From assembly GCA_018985225.1 (NCBI GenBank), contig JADGIF010000275.1, positions 1 through 11,973 on the forward strand: a stretch of 11,973 nucleotides of DNA. Direction: 5' to 3'. The notes beneath the pieces are model-generated. The model did no database searches and was not told where the DNA came from. It saw only the letters and a list, made by a program, of their open reading frames with translations. Source of the DNA: Amoeboradix gromovi X-113. Lineage: Eukaryota > Fungi > Sanchytriomycota. The position numbers and the translations under genes are program-made. Below, piece after piece: positions 1-7,576 of the stretch (position 1 is its first letter; the number at the start of each line of letters is the position of its first letter).

Positions 1-78
1 TAGAAAGCGTGAAGATTGGTCGTTATTGCTCGTGTATTCTTGATATATCATTTATTCTTGAAATTTTAAGAGCTGTTA

Positions 79-495
79 CAAATGGGACACCAAATATAAA
101 AACTAGACCAAGTCGTTTTTAAAGGAAGTGCTTCATAAGGAGGAAATACTGTTATTAATAAAAGTCCTTCTTTCATTAATGTCATTCACCTCTTTTAAAA
201 TAAAAAAAGATGACCCACTATCTCTTTTCAAATAAGGTCTTGAGTGTCTAAGCAAAAGGTGCATATCTTAGACGATACTCTTTATCTGTTCCATTTTCTT
301 CTTACCACCTTATTTTTTGTTTTCTCTTCTTCTTGTTAGTCATTGTTTCCAAGATTTTGATGGACGAAAAGTTTTTATACTAAAATAATAGGCTTGAACA
401 GATTAATTTATTTTACTACTGCTTAATACACTTGAAATAATGATTCAAACTATTTCAGAAAGTTAGTCTAGTTTTTATATTTAGTGTCCCATATG
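79..495. mobile_element. Putative non-autonomous DNA transposon (MITE, Tc1/mariner-like) with ~35-bp terminal inverted repeats (family B)
   Basis: 79-113 CAAATGGGACACCAAATATAAAAACTAGACCAAGT matches the reverse complement of 461-495, CATATGGGACACTAAATATAAAAACTAGACTAACT, with 4 mismatches and no gaps. The left end is preceded by TA (77-78) and the right end is followed by TT. There is no long internal ORF. The TIR core AGTTTTTATA recurs internally at 370-379. Confidence 0.7.
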
Positions 496-819
496 TTTTA
501 GACTTTGCATTCTTTCATCTCACATAATGGTACTAGACTGTGCTACTTTTTCTCAACTTTATCCATTATATGAAATTGGTACCATTTACAAATCGTATGT
601 AAATAGGACAAAACTTACGATTGGTTAAAAACTGTTTATTTTTCGAAAACTGTAACTTATTTTTAGTGTAGAATTTATTTCATAACATGTAGGACAAGTC
701 TTGCTCTCCAACAGGTATTTATGATCTAAGATGGTTAGTAATTAGACATCGCTATATATCCAGGCTACAATACGATCCAAGATATTGAACTAACTGAATA
801 ACAAATTTTTTTATTCACT

Positions 820-2052
820 TCATTGAGCTTCCGCAAATCCTATTCTCTTCTGGTTTTCAGAGGTCGTTGAAGTAACGCTGCTTGAATAAGGTCTCGGTGT
901 TGATAAGGACGCACTTGCTCTCCTCTCCAATTTCCTTCTGTTTCTTTGAACAATAAAGAAAGTTATTCCAACAGAGCTGATTAGGAGTAGCACGATTCCT
1001 ACAGCTACTCCTGCCAGAGTTGAGTCACTTGAGGTGTTTTGTGAGTTCTTGTTAGTTCCAGAATATCCCAAATTACCATCATCAGTGAAGCTTGATTTTG
1101 ATGGAGCATCTGTTGGTTTTCCAATGCTTGGACTGTTAATTGTCTCACCCAACTGGCTAGAATCTGTTTTACAGATGCTTTTCTTAAGAGAGTAAATCGC
1201 CATTAAGGAAAGTGGATTATTACTGACATCGCAAGCTGATAATGATGCGAAATCACTGATGCTTACATTATTAAACTTATTGTACTGTATCAACAATGAA
1301 GTTGGCTTGTTGAGAACAATAGAACCACTTAACTGATTGTTTTCCACGTTAAATATCTGTAAAGATAATGGAAGATCGGGAATGACACCAGATATCTTAT
1401 TGTTTCCTAATTTCAAAACCTTGAGATTGGTTGGTATAGAAGGTAGTCCACCTGAAATAGAATTTGTGCTTAGGTCCAAACTCTCAATACTGCTTGGTAA
1501 TCCTGGAATAGTACCACCGATTTTATTGTTAGAGAGTGTAAGTGACCGCAATACTTCAGAGAAGGATGGAATTGAACCGGTTAAAAGATTATTAGAAGCG
1601 TTAAAACTTATGATATTTGACAATGATGGCAGTCCCCCTGTTAATAAATTATTTGATACATCGACTGTAACTAAACTAGAAGGAAATTCAGGCAAAGCAC
1701 CCGATAATTTGTTGTAATTAACATTAAGCGTTTCTAACGTCAAGGGCAAAATTCCAATGCTTGATGTTATTTGATTTCCAGAAAGACTTAATATTTTCAA
1801 GGGCAGCAACTGCAGTGCTGTGGAATTAATTATACCAGAGAGCCCCGCATCGTTGAAATAAATCTCTGTAACGCGTGCTGAAGTATCGCAGAATGTTTTT
1901 ATTGTTTTTGTTGCATTAACAACATTCACATTACAGCAATCCAATCTTATGCTTGCAATTGTTAAGCTATCTACGCCTAATCCAGTAGCCAAAGATTCTA
2001 CATTTACACAGTCTATTGATAATGATACTGCCAGGGTTAGAGTTAAAAACAT
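820..2052 (-). CDS. Leucine-rich-repeat receptor-like type I membrane protein, 410 aa
   Basis: Short hydrophobic N-terminus and a Cys-containing N-cap (IDC...DCC...C...RVTEI). About 8 LRRs of the form LxxLxLSxNxLSGxLPxLP, then a C-cap (CDVSNNPL...C) and a Ser/Thr-rich stalk. TM helix LAGVAVGIVLLLISSVGITFFIV is followed by basic QRNRRKLERR and a short tail with no kinase domain. Confidence 0.9.
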   Translation of the reverse strand: MFLTLTLAVSLSIDCVNVESLATGLGVDSLTIASIRLDCCNVNVVNATKTIKTFCDTSARVTEIYFNDAGLSGIINSTALQLLPLKILSLSGNQITSSIGILPLTLETLNVNYNKLSGALPEFPSSLVTVDVSNNLLTGGLPSLSNIISFNASNNLLTGSIPSFSEVLRSLTLSNNKIGGTIPGLPSSIESLDLSTNSISGGLPSIPTNLKVLKLGNNKISGVIPDLPLSLQIFNVENNQLSGSIVLNKPTSLLIQYNKFNNVSISDFASLSACDVSNNPLSLMAIYSLKKSICKTDSSQLGETINSPSIGKPTDAPSKSSFTDDGNLGYSGTNKNSQNTSSDSTLAGVAVGIVLLLISSVGITFFIVQRNRRKLERRASASLSTPRPYSSSVTSTTSENQKRIGFAEAQ

Positions 2053-2119
2053 AAGATAAAGCCACTTGGTTAAAATATAAAGAAATCAAAGCAAAATAAT
2101 ATATTATGCCAGCAATCTA

Positions 2120-2668
2120 CTACATCAAGGCGTTTATTAGAAGAATGGAAAGTAAATCTGAGATTACAAACCTAGCAGCTGAGGAAATAACACTTTCGCT
2201 TGATAACTCGCCTTTAGCTTTCTCATCTTCTCTCTCTAAATCTATTTGTTCTACTTGCTGGTTCGCTATTATATTACCTTTTCCGGACGATTTTGGGTCT
2301 CCTGCTTTGCCTGCTGATTCAACTGTAGGTACGCCTCCATTGCAATCAACTATAGTCCAGTTTACGTGGACCCTACCCACTCCAATGTCTGCAATCTTTG
2401 CGAATGCTCCGCTACTAAGATCTAAGTCCCCAGAATTACAACCAGGGCATTTATCCAGTATTGTTACTAGTACTTGTCCTTTGGGACCTTGCACCATTGC
2501 GCAGGTATTACATTGTGTTAATTCGAAGCAATTATGACTTAGTGCACCGTAGTCTCCACTTGACAATGGTTTCTCACATGTCCCCAATGCTCCATTTCCA
2601 TCATAATAAGTAGCATCACCATTATTTGATTGGCAGCTTGAATATACAAATCCCATAACACTCAACAT
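2120..2668 (-). CDS. Expansin/loosenin-like RlpA double-psi beta-barrel protein, probably GPI-anchored, 182 aa
   Basis: DPBB motifs GDATYY, GALGTC, ALS, VLVTILDKCPGC, DLDLSSGAFAKIA and GRVHVNW. Short hydrophobic N-terminus and a C-terminal SSA plus hydrophobic tail. Confidence 0.88.
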   Translation of the reverse strand: MLSVMGFVYSSCQSNNGDATYYDGNGALGTCEKPLSSGDYGALSHNCFELTQCNTCAMVQGPKGQVLVTILDKCPGCNSGDLDLSSGAFAKIADIGVGRVHVNWTIVDCNGGVPTVESAGKAGDPKSSGKGNIIANQQVEQIDLEREDEKAKGELSSESVISSAARFVISDLLSILLINALM

Positions 2669-2920
2669 TTCATCAAATTTCTGTCACCCATTTTTGTTAC
2701 GCCACCATAAGCACAGATCCATGACAGTTCGTCAGCTGACGTAGTGCTACGCACTGGTCAGAAACCATAAAACGCACAGATCGGTTTCAATGCACTAATG
2801 TTAGCAGCCAAATCAGACTTTCTTCTCCAACTAGGTCTTCCACGTCTAGTAAGATAAATGTGTATCCCACTTGATTTCTCGACGGCGGCGTTGTAATCCG
2901 GATCAAAGACATCAGGCATC

Positions 2921-2975
2921 TTCGTTAAAAGTCTTGACTTCCGAGAGTATTAAGTATTTCACCAGAGAAAATGAC
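2921..2975 (+). repeat. Dispersed repeat family A, terminal fragment (copy A4)
   Basis: TTCGTTAAAAGTCTTGACTTCCGAGAGTATTAAGTATTTCACCAGAGAAA aligns without gaps to 11261-11310 (CTCGTTAAAAGTTCTAATATCCGATAAAATCGAGAATTTCCACAGAGAAA) and to 5260-5305. Confidence 0.6.
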
Positions 2976-3257
2976 AAAGATCTTGCAGTTGATTATAAAA
3001 AGTTATACAACTATAGAAAGATTATCAATTAGAGAAATAGAGTTTGTGTTATCACTGTATAATTTATTGAATCAGAATCGATTGCTTAAGCATCCTATTT
3101 GTGTAATAAATAAAATGACATACAAGTAATATTTGTAATCCCAATTGACCATGTTATGCAAGCGCTTCCTTTAAATACTGCCTTGTGCTTCTTTGCTGCT
3201 TAAATAACAATGAAGGAATGTGGATAATAAATTATGGTTGTAAAAGCCTTGAAAATA

Positions 3258-4640
3258 TTATTTACTTTTAAGCAGCATTTCTACAAATACCCACATGTTC
3301 AGTATCCCATTAACAACTGATATTACCATTACATGGAGAAACTGGTATTCACTATGGTGTTTTAAAATCAATGCCAATATTACCATACTGGCCTGCAACC
3401 AGCACAACGCTAGCAATCTCTTGTCTGCTACTAGTTCAGGCAGCTTCAATATAACCAAGACAACGCATAAGTGTATAAATATGTCTTTATCTTCAAATAT
3501 CAGCGGCAATTGACTTGTTATACTTGTGAGTTGGAGAACAAACGACATTGTATTGCTTTTAAATTCTGCCAGGTTTAATATTGCAGGTAACAACAACGCT
3601 TTCTCATGGACGTGATATCCAAACATAAAACTGGTCATGGCCAACTGTTGCAAATAGAGAACAAATGCGCTATAATCATTCTTCAGCATGAACCTATAAG
3701 TAAAGTAAGTGAAGAAGACTAGAGTAATGGCTGCGGTTATTGTTGGAGATATAGATGGCAGGCATTGAAACGAAACATCACCCACTATTCCTCTTGTTAA
3801 GGATGGTGATGAGATGTTTAAAACCTTAGCAAAAATACGATCGGCAAATGCATATAATGCCCATGCGTTAGGAGCCCATAGGGCATGTAAGAGACCTCGC
3901 TTGAACGGAAAGAGACGCGAAACCAATTGAGGCAAACAGTTCAAAAAAGGGTAAAATGATATGACTGAGATTGTTAAAAAACTGATTAGCAAAGCAAGCA
4001 GTTGTTTAGGACGTTGAAACATCCTTAGAAAATAAAAAAAGTAACCTATTGCAATGTAAAGAAAGATGTGTTTCAACAAGACAAGAATTAAAAACAATGA
4101 GCCACCTACAACTAAGTTGTCTACTTTGGTAAAATAAAGACTAAGCAGTAAAATGCCGTATAGAAATCCATTGTACTGAAAATGGATATGATCTACAATG
4201 ACTATACCAGGATTTAGAAGCATCGAAATTTTGAAAAGAAATGGACTACCAATGGTTGTTGAATATTTGTGAACCGCATACCCTAGTGTCAGAATTTCAC
4301 TACATAGTACAGTCATTCGCATATAAAATATAGTCTCGCGAGAGCTATAGTTCAAGTGGTTCAAATTCAGCATTTCCAAATCTAATGGTTTAACATTTAC
4401 GAAATCCAACAAATATTGCAAATAAATAGCAGCATAGCCTAGTATTGATTGGAAATACGCGAACAGAGGTGGATAATCCAATGTCCACTCGGAAGTAGAA
4501 TCATAGTACCATTTATCAATTGGTAGGCTTGTCGTGATGCTAAGCCAATTACGATGGACTTCAAAGTCTGTGGAACGATATCCATAAAACAAAAGTAGTT
4601 TAATCCCAATTGCAAGCAAAGCAATGTTGATATTCTTCAT
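3258..4640 (-). CDS. ALG8: Dolichyl pyrophosphate Glc1Man9GlcNAc2 alpha-1,3-glucosyltransferase, 460 aa
   Basis: ALG8 signature motifs YRSTDFEVHRNW, SEWTLDYPPLFAYF, IVDHIHFQYNGFLYG, KHIFLY, RLFPFKRGLLHALWAPNAWALY and SFMFGYHVHEKA. Multi-pass membrane protein. Confidence 0.95.
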   Translation of the reverse strand: MKNINIALLAIGIKLLLFYGYRSTDFEVHRNWLSITTSLPIDKWYYDSTSEWTLDYPPLFAYFQSILGYAAIYLQYLLDFVNVKPLDLEMLNLNHLNYSSRETIFYMRMTVLCSEILTLGYAVHKYSTTIGSPFLFKISMLLNPGIVIVDHIHFQYNGFLYGILLLSLYFTKVDNLVVGGSLFLILVLLKHIFLYIAIGYFFYFLRMFQRPKQLLALLISFLTISVISFYPFLNCLPQLVSRLFPFKRGLLHALWAPNAWALYAFADRIFAKVLNISSPSLTRGIVGDVSFQCLPSISPTITAAITLVFFTYFTYRFMLKNDYSAFVLYLQQLAMTSFMFGYHVHEKALLLPAILNLAEFKSNTMSFVLQLTSITSQLPLIFEDKDIFIHLCVVLVILKLPELVADKRLLALCWLQASMVILALILKHHSEYQFLHVMVISVVNGILNMWVFVEMLLKSK

Positions 4641-4686
4641 ATTTTAAATTTTTGTTTTGAAAATTAAATACTTTTAGGTCACTAAA
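4641..4686. promoter_or_regulatory. 46-bp divergent (bidirectional) promoter region between ALG8 and the orphan ORF
   Basis: Two ATGs point away from each other, separated by only 46 very AT-rich bases. Confidence 0.55.
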
Positions 4687-5124
4687 ATGTCACAAACTGC
4701 AAAACCAATAATTGAGTTTTACTCGTCAAATGAAATGGTAAGACTAGGGTGGGTGTCAAAAACTCCGCAACCTATCAGGCTTTGGCTAGATGACAGAAAC
4801 ATTCAAGCTGTTGTTGTTGAATCTGACGAAGTTTGTTTGTTTATTTTTGATATACCGTACATGCTGTACAGACATGCTCATGTGAACTTAAATGCTAGGG
4901 TTGTCTTGTTTAAGCCTAATTGTCATGGTCAAGTTAAGAAGTCCATTTATTGTCATGGTGATGATTTATTTCCAATATTCTCAATGCATGATTCTAATAA
5001 GATGGTTGATCAAATACTTAATGATCTGTACATACCAAGCCAGGAAGATTTACAGTTACTTTTTGAGAATGATTTATTTTTCACATTGCAAGAATGGGAA
5101 GTGTTCTTCTCTGATGAATTTTAA
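4687..5124 (+). CDS. Hypothetical protein, 145 aa, acidic/hydrophobic C-terminus
   Basis: ATG preceded by AAA. The stop TAA (5122-5124) overlaps AATAAA (5123-5128), as in the recognised genes of this window. No family recognised. Confidence 0.7.
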   Translation: MSQTAKPIIEFYSSNEMVRLGWVSKTPQPIRLWLDDRNIQAVVVESDEVCLFIFDIPYMLYRHAHVNLNARVVLFKPNCHGQVKKSIYCHGDDLFPIFSMHDSNKMVDQILNDLYIPSQEDLQLLFENDLFFTLQEWEVFFSDEF

Positions 5125-5253
5125 TAAACATAGTTTAAAGAAAACTGTATTTGATATAATCACTTTCAAATGCTATGATAAGTATATGACTAAAACTGGT
5201 TGCTCTTCTTGACTGCTCTATTAAAATTAAACCTTAACTTGAATTTTTAACGC

Positions 5254-5769
5254 TACTCCTTAAAAGTCCTGATTTCCGAGAAAATCGAGAATTTCCACAG
5301 ATAAACTAACAATCCCAGTAAATTCGTTACCGTGATTGCTCACGCTTTCACTACCATGTGGCGGTATTGAATAAGGATGCATGTACTTGCATAGCTCTCC
5401 AAATTGGTTTTCTTTCGAGTATCGCACCTTGTACATGCATAATAAGTATTAAGATATCGCGTTGTCGCACATGTGGTAAGACCAATAGCATAAGAATTAT
5501 TAAGCAAATAGTTTACATGTTTATTTTTACCGTTGATCACTTTTGAGGACGGCTTGAAAGACATCAAACTTTTCCATGTTTGGATCAGTACCTCAATGTT
5601 GATGAACGTATACTTTAACTATTAGTTATTTCCATAGATTTGACATGTTCAGGATTGAATCTGTTGATTCCATTTACCATTTGCGAAAATGAAGATATCG
5701 AGTGTATAAGGTGTTGGAAAGTTCATGGAATTATAAAAAAACACAAAAATTCTCGATAAATAATTTATT
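5254..5769 (+). repeat. Dispersed repeat family A, longest copy (A1)
   Basis: Exact blocks shared with A2: AAAATCGAGAATTTCCACAGA (5281-5301 = 11286-11306) and GATTGCTCACGCTTTCACTACC (5334-5355 = 11339-11360). Similarity resumes at about 5650-5769. A1 carries roughly 200 bp more internal sequence than A2. Confidence 0.88.
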
Positions 5770-5840
5770 TTATAAAATTCAATACTTTCAGTACAATGCT
5801 TACAGTTTATGAATATTTATGGAATAAGCCTTCTGTCCAC

Positions 5841-6149
5841 AATAAATGTCTTTTTTATAAAAATACTCTTTCATTTCTAGATAATCGTATAGGATAAAAA
5901 CGCGATATCCTCACTGTCATTAATCAAAAGTAGTTCTAAACCTCGCAATCCCGTATATGTCAGATCTTAATAAACAACTAAGAGGTACAGCATAAAATCA
6001 TCCACATTGAGAAACTAGTGTGAATAGAGATCATATGCGGCAAGGAGTTTGGACATTGATTATTCAATCTCGCCCCAGGCTAGTGAAAGAGTGAGCAATC
6101 ACTCTAATTCAGAGATTAGTTTCTCAGAAATCGCGTCATTTTACGAGGA
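5841..6149 (-). repeat. Dispersed repeat family A, inverted copy (A3), head-to-head with A1
   Basis: TTATTCAATCTCGCCCCAGGCTAGTGAAAGAGTGAGCAATCAC matches the reverse complement of A1 (TTATTCAATACCGCCACATGGTAGTGAAAGCGTGAGCAATCAC). 5893-6016 matches the reverse complement of A1 ~5588-5700. ATAGAGATCATATGCGGCAAGGA matches the reverse complement of A2 ~11405-11428. The left boundary is approximate. Confidence 0.78.
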
Positions 6150-6436
6150 CTGTCTCTCTCTTTTTTTCAAGGATAATTTAACTATTGGAGCATCTACTCG
6201 ATCTACCTGTTGTGTTTCTGTTCCATTACAGTTGACGCGTACTTTCTCAAAAGACTTGAGCAAATTCTTAGTTTGATCATTCTATCTGGTACCATTCCCA
6301 TAGATCTAATACAGTTTCTGCTAAACTTTTAATTTATCTCTCAATTGGAGCAAACTTTAACAAGTGAATAAGCCCAATCAGGTGCAGTTTGATATTAAAA
6401 TTCAAGTTTAAAAGGGCAGGCAGCTATTTGAGTAAT

Positions 6437-6781
6437 ATGTTGTCTTTCTTGTCTTTTGCAGTTGCTCATGAAGAACCTTCTTATGGCAATTACGCAGCAC
6501 CAAATTATCCCCCTAGTTTGCCTACACAGTTGCCTCCTTCACCACCGGTACAACCACCTACATACACTGAACCGCCAACTTATAAACATCCTATCTTAGT
6601 AGAAAAACCAAAAACCCTAGACGCATATGGATCTGAACCATCTGAGGTAATTCCAGAGGTCCCAGAATATGCAACAGCATCAGAAACAGAAAGCGTTCAC
6701 TCCTACGAAGACTCTTCCTATTCTTCATCTGGGGTTCTATCTGCGTCTATTCTAGGCGCTGTCGTATTAGGAAGTTTTTAA
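6437..6781 (+). CDS. Small secreted Pro/Glu/Ser/Tyr-rich protein, probably GPI-anchored, 114 aa
   Basis: The first ATG is at 6437 (the track's 6389 start is a TTG). Signal-like MLSFLSFAVA, PPxxP repeats, and C-terminal SSSG followed by hydrophobic VLSASILGAVVLGSF. The stop overlaps AATAAA (6780-6785). Confidence 0.8.
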   Translation: MLSFLSFAVAHEEPSYGNYAAPNYPPSLPTQLPPSPPVQPPTYTEPPTYKHPILVEKPKTLDAYGSEPSEVIPEVPEYATASETESVHSYEDSSYSSSGVLSASILGAVVLGSF

Positions 6782-6832
6782 TAAATTCAAGTCTGTCAGC
6801 ATTTTGTCTAGTTTTTTAAGGCCAGTTTATTT

Positions 6833-7144
6833 ATGGAGTTTGAGCTAGCAGCGAAAAAAATTAATCCAGAGTTAAATCTACAATACTTTGGTGTTATCTA
6901 TGGTGTGCTCAGGGATTACCATATACTAACTCAAGGAAACGTGGTCAAAGTATTTGTAAATGAATGGATTGACATTTCATCAGGAAAAATCGATTTGAGA
7001 TTGCTGAAAATTGATGGACCATTTAGTGGAGATTTAGCAAGTAACATTAAAATTAAAGACTCAGATTTCAACGAAATGGATAGATTGGTAACGTTTGTTC
7101 ATAACAACAAATGTGATTATAAAGGGTTTGGTCTTAATAAATGA
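6833..7144 (+). CDS. Probable highly reduced radial spoke head protein (RSPH9/RSPH4-6 family), 103 aa
   Basis: Colinear motifs LQYFGVIYGVLRDYHI, EW, IDGPFSGD and EMDRLVTFV resemble the RSPH9 motifs as I recall them (FWGRILGLVADYYI, EW, VKGRFMGD, EETRLVSVI). Compared from memory, not searched. Confidence 0.6.
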   Translation: MEFELAAKKINPELNLQYFGVIYGVLRDYHILTQGNVVKVFVNEWIDISSGKIDLRLLKIDGPFSGDLASNIKIKDSDFNEMDRLVTFVHNNKCDYKGFGLNK

Positions 7145-7161
7145 TAAAATATTTACTATTT

Positions 7162-7425
7162 TTATTGGGCAAAAATTATCGCCAAAACGGTAAAAGATGA
7201 GCACAAGCTAGTAGATCCAGAGACGTACGTTGACTCCTCTGTAGATTTTGCTTGGTTCTGCGACGTAGCCAAGTTTGACAAGACCGGGTCCGCAAATAAG
7301 TTTGAAATGAACTTTGAAGGTTCAGAAATAGAACTTGCAGTAGAAACATTGTCTGATGGACTCAAGCCCGTTTGACTGCTCGGCAGTGAAGTCTTTGGTA
7401 CAGCATACACAAAAGAGAATAACAT
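7162..7425 (-). CDS. Small secreted Ser/Thr-rich protein, probably GPI-anchored, 87 aa
   Basis: Signal-like MLFSFVYA, S/T-rich body, and C-terminal SGS followed by hydrophobic FTVLAIIFAQ. The stop lies inside AATAAA (7161-7166, minus strand). Confidence 0.72.
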   Translation of the reverse strand: MLFSFVYAVPKTSLPSSQTGLSPSDNVSTASSISEPSKFISNLFADPVLSNLATSQNQAKSTEESTYVSGSTSLCSSFTVLAIIFAQ

Positions 7426-7518
7426 GCAATAGGGAACTGAAATTCATTTTATTTCGACCTACAGACGTATGATTGGTTCCTAGTACTTGCCAAATTAATT
7501 TTAAATTGTCTAGACGCT

Positions 7519-7576
7519 TGGGAAAGCACTATAAAAACTAGACTAACTAATTTTACGAAATCAATCATTTGATCAC
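7519..7576 (+). repeat. Solo degenerate end of family B element
   Basis: TATAAAAACTAGACTAACT (7530-7548) is an exact 19-nt match to the reverse complement of 461-479. It is preceded by TGGGA and followed by GAAAT..AATCATT, as in the sub-terminal region of the 79-495 element. Confidence 0.65.

Noticed and set aside
1-70. Possible fifth family A copy (GAAAGCGTGA...TTTA..GAAATT) at the window edge
   Set aside because: Only a 10-nt exact match with weak flanks, and truncated by the window boundary.
1337-2537. Plus-strand ORFs 1337-1717 and 2106-2537
   Set aside because: Antisense shadows of the LRR and expansin-like genes with no recognisable features.
2681-2700. 20-nt GTAAC...CAG candidate intron (minus strand) upstream of the expansin-like ATG
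   Set aside because: Removal does not bring any upstream ATG into frame. It could only be a 5' UTR intron, which cannot be supported from sequence alone.
4382-4400. 19-nt GTAAATGTTAAACCATTAG inside ALG8, resembling the gnd intron
   Set aside because: Removal would frameshift between conserved motifs that are already in frame. It is useful only as a negative control for splicing specificity.
3295-5212. ORFs 3295-3513, 4439-4624 and 4892-5212
   Set aside because: Overlap better-supported genes in antisense or alternative frames.
5340-6276. Short ORFs 5340-5567, 5358-5546 and 6049-6276 as genes
   Set aside because: They lie in repeat family A, mostly use non-ATG starts, lack the stop/AATAAA signature, and their starts and stops are not shared between copies.
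6806-6816. GTCTAGTTTTT match to the family B TIR core
   Set aside because: An 11-nt AT-rich match without the GGGACAC part; may be chance.
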